Shown here one piece after another: positions 39,137 to 51,000 of a DNA stretch of 64,000 nt. This DNA is from a virus. Position 1 is the first letter of the stretch. The number at the start of each line of letters is the position of its first letter. The notes beneath the pieces were generated by a model that was given only the letters and a program-made list of their open reading frames with translations, had not been told where the DNA came from and did not search any database. The DNA is taken from IMG/VR virus record IMGVR_UViG_3300017788_001394, positions 39,293 through 103,292 of that record; one strand, given 5' to 3'. Position numbers and translations under genes: made by a program.

Positions 39137-39165
39137 ACTATAATTATTTATTATCAGGTTGTCAA
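39137..39165 (-). promoter_or_regulatory. Sigma70-like promoter (TTGACA-N17-TATAGT) containing a nested late-type AATAAATA
   Basis: Read on the minus strand upstream of ATG 39109. Confidence 0.55.
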
Positions 39166-39173
39166 GCTATTTT

Positions 39174-40460
39174 TTAGCTATCGTCCATTGTGTTGAAATT
39201 GTCTGTAATTACAACATAAGGATCTGGGTTAACGTCAAACGTTGCTGAACCTGCCCAACTAGTTCTTGTTATTGTATCTGGCATAAGATATGTAAAGTTG
39301 GAAGCAATTTGACCATCGATTGTTTGATCGTATGCAGTATCATCTAACACTACTTTAAAATGTATTTCAGTGCCGCCGGTTGCCCACTTGCCATAAATTT
39401 TAAATCTTAAACTTGCATAACCACTATACGATCCATACGAAGATGCATAAACGGATGTTCCATAGCCGTACCCGCTGGGAGGACAATAATGATAGCCAGT
39501 TGTATATCCGGTCATATAACTACTTACAAAACCGTAATAACCGCTATATGCATAACCGTAGCCGTAACCATATCCATAATTGCTAAAACCTATATTAACT
39601 GTAACTCCGGAACTTTCAAACAACAATCCTTCATTGGTTGAAGTATCGCTGCCATCGCCATAGTTTTCTGTTAAATGGTAAAAACCTTTACCGTAACTTG
39701 TTCCTGCAGTATAATAATTGTTGCTTTGATAAAAGTTATCAACAGTGAACGTTAATACACCCATTTCATTTATAACATCAGACCAGTTGTAATAACCTGC
39801 AGTGCAACCGCCTGACATTTCTAACTGAATACGTAACTGACCACCACCATTGAAAAAATGTCTTGCATGATTGTAATCATCAAATACCCATTTATATTCT
39901 CCGGTTATTTTATTTGTCCATGGAGTTGTTCTTTCCATATCGTTTGGTGTTTGCGCTGCGATTAGTAAACTTGCATCAGTTGGATCGATCGAGTTGTAAT
40001 TATAGTTAGGTATAACACTGGTGTTGATTTTATTTTCAACAACATTTAAGTCTTCTGCTCGTATTAATGTATATTTGTCAACTGTGTTTCTGCCTGTCGG
40101 CACAGCAAACACTAATATTGTATCGGTTACGTTAATGTGATCGACCATGATGTTTACACGATCAACTAAAAACTGTAATCTTTCTGCAGTAATTAAATCA
40201 CCAACCGCAATATTGTTAGCAGTGTTTACTGCACCCCACCCAAATCTATAGTTGCCATAAACTGCAGGTGCACCGTTTATATCGGTGCCACGACTGATGT
40301 TTGCGTATTGTGATGTATTAAATGCAGGTGTTGTTGCACTTGCTTCTGCAGAAGTCAATGGTGTAGAAGTAGGGTAGTTATCGCCGAACACTTTGTTTAC
40401 AAGTGTTGCGATGCCGTTATACTCACTACCGTATACCTTTGACCCCGGAGTAACAACCAT
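39174..40460 (-). CDS. Putative virion/tail-fibre structural protein with Tyr/Gly-rich insert
   Basis: Position after baseplate genes; GWG...ITA, ARHFFNGGG motifs; YGYGYGYGY tract. Confidence 0.65.
   Translation of the reverse strand: MVVTPGSKVYGSEYNGIATLVNKVFGDNYPTSTPLTSAEASATTPAFNTSQYANISRGTDINGAPAVYGNYRFGWGAVNTANNIAVGDLITAERLQFLVDRVNIMVDHINVTDTILVFAVPTGRNTVDKYTLIRAEDLNVVENKINTSVIPNYNYNSIDPTDASLLIAAQTPNDMERTTPWTNKITGEYKWVFDDYNHARHFFNGGGQLRIQLEMSGGCTAGYYNWSDVINEMGVLTFTVDNFYQSNNYYTAGTSYGKGFYHLTENYGDGSDTSTNEGLLFESSGVTVNIGFSNYGYGYGYGYAYSGYYGFVSSYMTGYTTGYHYCPPSGYGYGTSVYASSYGSYSGYASLRFKIYGKWATGGTEIHFKVVLDDTAYDQTIDGQIASNFTYLMPDTITRTSWAGSATFDVNPDPYVVITDNFNTMDDS
39417..39578 (-). repeat. Protein-level YG/GY low-complexity tract (18 Tyr in 54 aa)
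   Basis: YGYGYGYGYAYSGYYGFVSSYMTGYTTGYHYCPPSGYGYGTSVYASSYGSYSGY, encoded with mixed synonymous codons. Confidence 0.9.
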
Positions 40461-40463
40461 TAC

Positions 40464-41381
40464 TTACTTTGCTCCTACGACCACTTCGACAGTACCTGCG
40501 TCGAGTGTCTCTTTACTTGAAAGAGCTCTGCCAATAATACGTCTATAATCTCCCAATTCATTTGGATATGCTACACGAGCATGTCCGGCGACCTCGCTAG
40601 TCACAAGTCTTTCACCTTTTTTAACAGGACCAATTACTTTACATGGAACACGACCTGCTAACGCAACATACGGATGTGTTGCATCACTGCCTGCGCCGCT
40701 ATTCATTTCAAAGCCAGGTGCAGTAGAAATTATACCAAACACGTTTATGCTTGCAGATTCAGTTGACTCTGTTATTTCTTTTTCACCACCTAAAATCACT
40801 ACAGTTCCTGGTTCGTATTCGTTGTCAGCAGCATAACGTTCTGCAAGGTCAGCATATTCTGCACTAGTAGCAGTGCCTCTAAATTTAAAATTTGCTGTAG
40901 TATTCATGTTGTCGCCTGCTTGTAATACAGGAAACTGTGTGCTTAACATCGTTAAGCCGTCTTCTAAAAACTCAGTTGTTGCAGGTGTCCATGCTGTTGT
41001 GTCACTAACTTGTATAGTAACGATATCGCTATCGACTATAGTTTCTATTGTATAATGGTAAACACCCAGTGTGTCAAGTCTACTTCTAGCAACAACTCGT
41101 GTTCCGCCTGCTTGGAAACCTATCGGCCACCATGCACCGTTATCATACAAATACAATTGACTTTCGGTAGTGTTATACCAAAGTTGACCTTCGTTCGGAT
41201 TTGTTGGCGCAGTGTCAGCTGAGTTGTTGGCTAATAATCTTAAAAAATTTTCATTTAGTGCTTCACCAAACATACTATAATTTCGACCGATGAGCTTTAG
41301 TGTAGTGCTAGTGTCTACGGTTCCGTCGTTAACGATAATAGGTGTTTTACCTGCATCTGGCCAATCAACTGTATACGGCAT
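40464..41381 (-). CDS. Short tail-fibre-like protein with C-terminal intramolecular-chaperone (peptidase G2/IMC-like) domain
   Basis: LKLIGRNY..FGE..NENF...P..GQLWY N-terminal module; YADLAERY...GTVV..GG..EI...VALAGRVPCKV. Confidence 0.7.
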   Translation of the reverse strand: MPYTVDWPDAGKTPIIVNDGTVDTSTTLKLIGRNYSMFGEALNENFLRLLANNSADTAPTNPNEGQLWYNTTESQLYLYDNGAWWPIGFQAGGTRVVARSRLDTLGVYHYTIETIVDSDIVTIQVSDTTAWTPATTEFLEDGLTMLSTQFPVLQAGDNMNTTANFKFRGTATSAEYADLAERYAADNEYEPGTVVILGGEKEITESTESASINVFGIISTAPGFEMNSGAGSDATHPYVALAGRVPCKVIGPVKKGERLVTSEVAGHARVAYPNELGDYRRIIGRALSSKETLDAGTVEVVVGAK

Positions 41382-41392
41382 CTTTTTTTCCT

Positions 41393-42001
41393 TTATACAT
41401 CACTATACGATGTTCTGATTCTTAAAGTATATATTACTTGTATTTTTCTATTTGCGCTCTTCTGAACCGGATGGAAAATAACATGAGTTAACATTGTGCT
41501 ATTTGCAGTATAAAGTGCAAGCTCGTCAAAAACATAAGTGCCGTTCATATCAACACTTGTATCTAGTGCATCTTGACCTGCTGGTTGGTTGTAATCAAGT
41601 GTGCAAGTTACTACCACATCACTATATAACTCACCGGAAGTATGTGTCACTTCTACACTGTTGGTTGCTGTGCCAGTTATGGTTTCGTCGACTGTTTGTG
41701 CATATGTTTGATTATATAGCGCACCTGCTGTGATATTAGTGTTTGTTGCTTTGTATGTAACTGCACCTAATCCGTCGATAATAGTACCACCATTACCAAA
41801 ACGCATTTGTGCTATTGCATACGTTCCAATTCCACCAGCTTCGTTTGCTAATAAATTTGCAAGTGCAATACTCATATTTTCATAGTTGATAGCATTACGA
41901 CGGCGAACTAAAATTTCACCGTTGTCTGGATCCCATATTGTTATGTGTCCTTCTATTCCGAACACCGGTTTTTCAATTATCTTACTCATAGTTTTTTCCA
42001 T
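41393..42001 (-). CDS. Putative baseplate/tail structural protein
   Basis: Context; FGNGG, FDELAL, THVIFHPVQKS beta-rich pattern. Confidence 0.55.
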   Translation of the reverse strand: MEKTMSKIIEKPVFGIEGHITIWDPDNGEILVRRRNAINYENMSIALANLLANEAGGIGTYAIAQMRFGNGGTIIDGLGAVTYKATNTNITAGALYNQTYAQTVDETITGTATNSVEVTHTSGELYSDVVVTCTLDYNQPAGQDALDTSVDMNGTYVFDELALYTANSTMLTHVIFHPVQKSANRKIQVIYTLRIRTSYSDV

Positions 42002-42007
42002 TTATAA

Positions 42008-42015
42008 TATTTATA
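42008..42015 (-). promoter_or_regulatory. Late promoter motif TATAAATA
   Basis: Exact T4 late consensus just upstream of 41393-42001. Confidence 0.55.
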
Positions 42016-45000
42016 ACGTTCCGGAACCTGCATTTCTTATGAATATATGCATAGGTGTTGTTCCTGTTGCACTTAGGCTTATTCCTGTATCATTATAGGC
42101 AAAACCCAAATCATCACCATAATCAACAAAATGTTCTAGTGTTGGAATTTTATAAACCCAACTTGCATCTGTTACAGTTGCACCCGAAGCATGTGTTGTT
42201 GCACCTGTACCGAGTGTTCCTCTAGTACAATAGCGTAATGTATTGCCTTCTATAGCACGGTATTCTATACGTTCATTATCTATCCACACAACTCCGACTT
42301 GACTATCAACTGGTGCTGCTAATGTTGCTGCGTTTGCTACAGCTATGCTAGTTGCTGTAGCATTTATGCTACTAGACAATGTTGTTTTTGCAGTATCAAC
42401 AATAACTGTGCTTTCTTCAATTTGATAAGGTGAATAATAAGTCATATCAAACGTTCTGGTATCACTAGTTACAGTGCTGCCACTACTATTTGTTTGTACA
42501 CGGATACGAATATTCTCCGAGTAATCGGTTGGATATAATTCTTCGCCCCAATTATCTCTAACCACTGTATTAAACCCGTTGCCGTCGTATATATATTGAA
42601 GCGATGCGTCCAGTGTAGTAAACGTTGAACTATCTGTGTTAGTTACTACACTCGTAAATGTTCCACCAGTTAGTATTTCATCAAAATCTTCAGAGTCTTT
42701 AAAACTATGATCGTTGTATTTTAATGTAATTTCTGCATCCCGATCTAGTTCTGTTACTTCTACATCATTTTCGTCCATGTGTGTTACTGCACGATCAATG
42801 CTATGAAGCTTCGTGTGGTAAGGCTTTATTGAATTAAAGAACTCTTCAACAATCTCAGTGCCAGACGGTTGATAGTTTATTGCATCGGTTAATACCGGAT
42901 GTTCTACACGAATCTTTGCATAAGTTGTTTTAAATGCAAAGTCATCTGTAGTATTATCAGTAACTGAATGATACAAGCACTTGAACCAAAGTTTATTATA
43001 ATAAGACTTGTATTGACCTACAAATACTTTATTTCTTAATAAATCAAATATGGCTTTTATAACTGGACTAGGTTCGGCATCGAACCCGCTCATATCAAAC
43101 GGCCCTACGTCAAACCCGTAACCGAACTTTTCTAAATTCCAAAGTTCTTCGCTCAACTGTATTGTGCCTTTAGATTTCCATTGTATTACCCACTCGTCGT
43201 TAACTAGTTTGTAAATCTCTGGTCTATTTACACCGTCACTGTGCAATACATTTCTAACATAAACAAGTGTTCCTTCTTCAGTTGATAATGGATCTTCTCC
43301 TAATTCTGGTATCAGCTCTTGTTTAATATCGACATACAAATCAGGTAGTATTGATTTGTCAAACACGCTTAATAAAGATCCATCGTTATTGTATTCTTTA
43401 CGATACCAATCACTGTAAATCCAGTACTTGTCCATATCATAATCAATAACGCCATCAGTTATAATTTCTTTAAAAATTGTATCCCAGTCTGGTATTTCGT
43501 TAATTACACAAATCCTAGATAATAAATCGTTTGCTGCGTGGACAAAGTTTTGTCTTGCAGTTTTTAAATCTCTAACTAGACTTTGATTCGGTCTTGTTAA
43601 ATGTCCGTATCTGTTATACGGATGTAAGTTAAGGTCTGGTAGTGGTTGACCCATCCAAACATCTATATCGTTTGCAGGAGTATCTGCCGGAAGCTCATAC
43701 TCGTATATACGCCTCCAATAAGTCATTGTAGTGTCCGCCGAAGGAGTATGATTTAAGTTGCTATTCTTCAAACTAATATAATAGCGACCACTGCCGTCAA
43801 CTACAACATCGTCAATGCTATATGTAGTTGCACTACTATAAGTTGTATATGAATATCTCTTAACTGCATTATTCCGACCTACAATACTGTCACGTATTTT
43901 AATGTGTAGTTGTTCCGGTATCAATTCAACTGGATCACTGTCATGCAGTAATACCCATTCACTTAAAGGTAAAGCGTCACTTTCTATAATTTGATTAATC
44001 TGAACGACTGTATTATCGCTTACAACTTTATCTAAATTGTTAATCAGCAAGTTACTTGATTGCGAAGCTGCTGCCCATAGCTGTTCGAAACTATTAGGAT
44101 TTGCTAGGTAATTAGATAGCTGTTTTGTATTATAAACTCTATTACCCACAGTATCTAATTTATTCTTAACCCAGAAGTAATAAACAGTTTTAGTTCTGCC
44201 TTGCACAGGATCAACAACTGATTGTTCTGCCCAATAGTAAACGTATTCGTCGTTGTTTTTAACCTTGTAAACGTCGCCGGTAACACGTCTGCCGTTAACA
44301 GTTGCGTTTGCTTTTACTAACTGTTCCCATTGATCTGGAAATACAGTGCTTTCAGTCCATTCATAAATGTCGACTGATGCGCCGTCAAATAATCTGCCCC
44401 AGTTGTTTTGTTGATAGTCTATAGGACCTTGCTCGTAATCTAAATAGATTGCTGTATTTAGATCCCACCAACGTAATCCTAGTTGATCTGCTCCCCATGT
44501 TTTTCTTGACTCGTTATTTCCGTTAACGCTGTCGTAATTATAAACTGCAAAATCTGCAGTAGTTGCAAAGTCGATTTCATTGTCGATAAAGCCAGGTAGT
44601 ATACCTTTTGCTGGATCAAATGTTTCAATAGTAGTGATTAATGTTTTGTTAACTGCATCGTATACTTTAACATTTTCTATTAGATCATTACGGGCTTGTT
44701 CGTTGCCCTCCCTAACTAGTTGCCAACTGCCGTTATGCCCAGTTACTGTAGAGAAACTACCATAGAACTTGTACACACCCGAGACTGGGTTTACATCACT
44801 GATTCTGTCAACAAACGCATATATTGGGCGTGTTGTAGTGTTTTGTCTATAACCAGCAAAATTATAGTAATACATGTTTGCAGCATTTGTAGAGTTATAA
44901 TTAGCTGATAATTCCTGATAAGATGAAAATCTTACATTTCTAATAGGATAAACGTTTCCGACATTACCCTCTTTATTAATATAAACATCGATAAAGAACT

Positions 45001-48000
45001 TATTAGCATTGTCTATGTCTATACCAGTAACTCGATGTATACCATCTATGTTAGGCTCTGTATTACTTCCTCTGATTAAAACAAAGTCTCCTACTTGTAA
45101 GCTGTGTGCAGCGGCAGCACCAGATGGTGTTGCTATTGTAAGTTGTGCATCATCTGCAGCATCTATGCCAGCACATGCACGAGTAATATACCAACCCATA
45201 TCCATTGTTTGATATGCTGCAAAACCAACATCGCTGTCAATTTGAGAACTTGTTAATTCGTCGGCTTTCCATTTTGCAATCCATATACTGAATACGTTAG
45301 GGTCGTAGTCCATTTTACGGAATATAACGTCTCCATCAACAATTGCTTCAAATATGTTACTAACTGTTGTTTGTGTTGCAGTATATGTTTGTGCAGTGAA
45401 ACCAATGTCACCATTAGCAGTTCCAGCACCTATGATTAGTGTAGGATTTGTGCTTGTTAGCTTAACCCTGTTGTTACTGTTTGTAGCTTTTACACCTGAC
45501 ACGTTAGCTAAGTTGATTTGTGTCACTATGTCATTTATGTAACTACTAACATTAACAGTGATTACAGATGATGTGGCTGCAGTAACACCGGTTGTTAAAC
45601 CAATGACACTATTTGCAGTGCCATTGCCTATATATAATGAACTATTTATACTAGATATATTGAGTAATATACCGGTAGGTGCCAATGCTGCTGCAGTTAT
45701 ACCAGATATACCTGCAGCATTAATTTGTGATATAACTTGAGCAATAGACAAGTTCGGGTTAGTTGTTGTTGTAGAACTACTACTAATGTATGTTCCTGCA
45801 TCAATACCCACGTCACTGTTGACAGTTGCGTTAGCAATGACTAGACTAAATTGTGTTGCAGGAGTAGCTGTAGTTTTTGTTAATCTTAAACTGCCTGCAC
45901 TGTTAGATGCAGTGACATTTGGTATACTTGCACTAGTGATTCTGTTAACAATGTCTGTTATAGTATACGTTATAAATGTTGTTCCAGAAGAAGTAAAGAC
46001 AACAGTCGATGTAGTAAAAGTAGTTGAAGTATTTGCTACTAACCAATCCTTAACATCTTCTGTATATGTTCCTGCAGCCATTAATGTTTGAGCTGTTGTG
46101 ATATCTCCAGCTAAAACGGTTTCCGATCCTGCGATAACATTTGCTGTATTATATGTTTCATTGGCATAATTGTTTATTAGTGTTATGTCACTGTCTAGTA
46201 ATGCTTCTACTTGTGCTTGATAGCTAGGTGTAGCTGCTATTTCGCTTAACAGTAGACTTATGTTTATCCCTGCAACACTGCTACTAAAGTAACTTGATAA
46301 AAATGTTGACCAAATTCCAGTATATGCACTTCTAAGATTTTCAATTGCTGAAATTCTTGCGTTTGCTGCCGAAGTCTTTGCACCAGCATTATTGTTTATT
46401 ACCCAACCGTTAAATGCATTTTCAAATGCAGCTTGTGCAGTAATATTAGTTGTAGTACTTGTTGTCTCATTAAAAAACACATCAACACCATCTATTGTTA
46501 ATTTTTTTGTTGAACTTCCTACAAAGGAAGGATTGATAACAGTTCCGGTTACAACTATATTATTGTATGTAGTTGATGATATAGTATTGCTGAATACAAT
46601 AGTTTCTGCAGTAGCTGAAGTTGCGCCTAACACTAATGTAGATCCGTGTGTAACAACGTTAGTAGTGCCAATATTATTTGTTCCGGTAACAGTTATGGTT
46701 GTAGAGGTTGTTGATGTAGTTGAATTATTAAATGTGAGTGCGTTCCCGTCTAATATCAACGTTCTACCATTAGCCACGATAGGCAATGAAATTGTACCTG
46801 TAACAATGATAGGATCGTTAGGAGTTGCTAGTCCGGTGCTGCTATTCGTATCTACCATTTCCCAAACACGGCCTTGATAAATTACCCTGTCGCCGTATTT
46901 GTATGATGTTTTATTGTCCCATTGTTTAATATCCTGCCAGCTACCACTGAAATCGTAATAGTTGCTTTCTTGTTCAGGGAACATAGCAAATGCAGCATAA
47001 TCTAATACACGATAATCTGTTTCTGTAGTTAACGGTGTCCCGGAAGTAATAAAGTCATTTTTATAAGGACCTTCTTTACTTAAAGTGTCATATGAGAACA
47101 CCTTAGGCAATCTTGTTTGGAAGTTATTGCCAACGGTTCCGGTAACTAATAACTCGCTGTTAGGAGTGATATCAATATACACATCGCTTAACGCATCGCT
47201 TTCATATGTGTCTCTAAATCTTATTACTTGCGGACTTGTTAACACTAAATCTTTGCTAACATTAAATTCGACTGTATCTCTCGATCTTGTGTCACCATAA
47301 TCTGCAGTTCTGATTGCCCATTCTTCAAACAAAGTAACATCTGCTTGTGTCCCAAATATAGAAGTGTTTCTCATGAATGCGTTTAATGCATACTTTGTAC
47401 CCTTGTATTTTCCTATACCCTTGACAAATTCAAATACAGTGCTGTCGTCGAGTGTTGTATATTGTTTCCAAGACGGTGTATTATATCCAATGTTGGATCT
47501 TGCTGCATTTTTTACAGATTTGTTTACAATGTTATTGCCAACATCATAAATTTGATCGATGTCTAATACTGTTCTGTCAAAGTTATTATAAATGGTATTG
47601 TTGTCTACAATATATCCCGGTGCGTAAAGTTTACCATTCCAGTTGTTAGTTCTGCTACCGATCCACTTTATTCTTGTGTGCAACTGTCCTAGTGCAGGAT
47701 TATAAATCATATCGTCGAACCCTGTATAATTGTCAAACACTATTACATGTTCTAATTCTACAGAATACATTCTTATACCATACAATGTTAAATCAGAAGA
47801 CCTTGGTGTGATTTTAGTTACAGCATCTGATTGTTCTAAGACCTGTCTTTCAACTATTACTTTGTTAGGTAATACTTGTCGACCATTTTGATCTATTAAA
47901 TTATAAACACCGTCGTACTTGTTTTGCAAGTTATCAAAGTAACCAGTAACACCTTCTGAAATTTCAATAGATTCTGTTGCAGGAATAACGTTGATGATAT

Positions 48001-51000
48001 CGCCGACTGCAGGTGAGTTGTCTGCCCAAGATAAGAATGTTGTTGCGGCTGCATCCCAGCTTGGGACCCATCCAAATGTGTTTAGATAATAACCATAACC
48101 TCTGATAATGTCATATACATCTTGTTCTTTAACTAAAATTGTGTTATATTCTAGTCTAACAACGTCACTGGTAAATTCTTTATATTTTATAATATTAGTA
48201 TTTCCCAATGGGACAATAGTTTTTTTACTGTTGTATGATACTGGATTATATTCTAAATACATTTTACTAGTATCATACCCAGATATCATGTAACCTTCAG
48301 CTGTTAATGTTACTTTTATTGCACCATAGAATGTATCAAATATAGGTTGACTCTTATATAGCGATACAACATAATTTTCTTCTGGTATTGTTACTTTACC
48401 TTTGTCTTGACTGCTATCTAATACAAAACGCTGATTTGCTTTATTAACAAACCCGCCTAGTTTTATTACAGGGTTATACGCTGCTGTTTCAAACTTTTCT
48501 TTTAAAGAATCGATATCGGTGGTATTAAAGAATCCAAACTCAATAATCGCATTACTTAGCCCACTGTAATATTTTCTAACATTTGAGGACAATATAGCTT
48601 CGAACGTTGCTTCTTCTGTAATTACTGCAGCGTCATCAACTGCAATAATAGTCGGTTTACTCTGATAATTATTACCTGGATTTGTAATAGATACAGCTAT
48701 GATACTACCATCATGAACAATAGCTTCTGCAGTAGCACCGCTGCCAAAATTACCATAAATTTCTATACTAGTATTGCTTGTGTACCCAGCGCCACCATTT
48801 CTAACATTTATAAGTTCAATGATGCTATCTTCGTATTTTTCGTAACTTAGTTTAGGTTGTTTATTGTTGCCTAATAAACGAGTATCTTCGAATAATAATT
48901 GTGGTGTAGCTACTGATGAATGATAATCTAGTTTTCTTCTATTACTATCGAAATAACTGTTAAGCAACCATAATGGTCTTAATCTCATTAATCCTAACGA
49001 ACGATTTATATTATATTCCGGACTACGTCTCCAGCGTTGTTCTATTGGTCCCCAGTCGCCGTACACAAAGTCTTTTTGTTTTTCTGCAGTGGTAGGTGCA
49101 GTAACAATGCCCGCCGTAACAGGCCCGTTTAATGCACCTGCAGGAGTAACTAGTGTTTCGTTATCCCAGTCATACGCAGAATAACAATATGTTATATCAT
49201 AACGTTTGTCTGCATCAGATGGATCGTTGTAGTGACCGGTTTTTAATGCTTCGATCAATGCAACTCGTTTTGCATCATTACCACCGTTTGCAGTGCTTAA
49301 CCATGTGTAAAATTCACTCCACCACCCCGGTTCGTCACGGTGCCCTAACATTTCCCATGGATGTGCGTGTGGTTTGTCGGTATTAAAGTAATAATGATAT
49401 ATACCTTTCCAGCCACCGATACCAGGACCAACACTACTATAATTCCAAGTAAACTCGTTTCCTGCATCGTAGAAATTCGCATCGTTCAATGATGAAATGT
49501 TATTTCTGACTTTCCAACTGTTGAATTCGCTTTCCGTGGCTGCATTTAGTTCGTCCCATGTGTATGGAGTTTTTCTATTAGCATTAGGCATTGCTTCTAG
49601 ATAATCTATTACGTTATGATAATTGCCAACTAAGGTGTTAAAGATTCTGGTTTCTAATTCCCATATTACCGCATCTTCTATATTAAACGCAGCAGAGCTT
49701 CTAATGAATAAATCAATTACACCCGGTAACGCAGTTGCATAATGTACAGATCCGTCATGACAAATAATCGCAGGTGTAGATTCGGTGTTATCAGTATTAG
49801 CATATAATCCTGATACAACACGAGGAATGACAGGTCTGGTTAAACCTAGTTTAACTGCACTAGGTGGCATAAAACTAACACTATCTAGTGGATACCAACG
49901 AATGTCTATATAAACTTTTCCATTAGCATCGGGAAGAAGTGGGGAATTGATTTGTACTTGTGAAGCATTTAATAATTCATAATCAGAGATATTGAGTAAC
50001 GGTCTCCAATTTATCGGCGCTATGCCGTCATAAGAATCTTTGACCCATATATGAATATGATTTCGAGTATCAGCGTAATAGTTAACAATATTTGGTAAAT
50101 CAAATATAGTACTTTCACCTGCAATCCAGGTGTATTCCGCTGTTTCGTAATCTTTATATAATAACATGTCACTATATGCAAAAGGAGAATCTTTAGTTTT
50201 TCCTAAATTCAATTCGCTTAATGCTTGATCTACTAATTCGTACACAGGAATATCTATATCTGTGGTAGTGTGTAACTGAGCTACTTTTCTAATTATTTGT
50301 TGTCTAAATTTAGCATAACTAGCAGAGATAAATCTTAAACTAGCAAATGGATTTGTGTTAGCATCAGCTAATGTTACTGCTAGTAGTTCAGTACTAAATG
50401 GTTGTTGTCTTATTGTTCCGCCAAATTCATGTATTTGCGGCAATGATGTATAATTATTATCACCAAAGTAATCGCCGCTAAACCCTGGTATATTTGACAT
50501 TTGTGATTTAATATGTGCTTGTAAATCACCGAACGTTGCATTAGTTAACCACTCATTTTGTGGATTATACACATGGGTATCTGCAGTATGGAAAATTCCT
50601 TGATCTGATGTTAATATGTCATATGATGACCAACTAACTTCAATAACAGTATCTAACGGGTATATATTTTCTACAGTAACTCGTGTGCCAGAAAGTGTGT
50701 AATCATTTGTCTCGACGCCATTTATCTTTACTATTAGATTTTTTGATGATGTGTTATCATCTAGATAAATTATGCCAAAAATCGAATTATCAGATACTAG
50801 TCTATACTTAATATAGTCGATTGCAATTGAACTGCTAATTTCGACTGTCTGAGTGTTAGTTGTTGTTGATGTAATTGTCAACCCGGTAGAAATTGCAGAC
50901 CCATCTACGTTAACTAATTCAAAATCAGTTATATCGAACATTGTTTGAATGGTATATGTTTTACCTTTACTCATAAAGATAGCAGGATTAATACCGTTTA

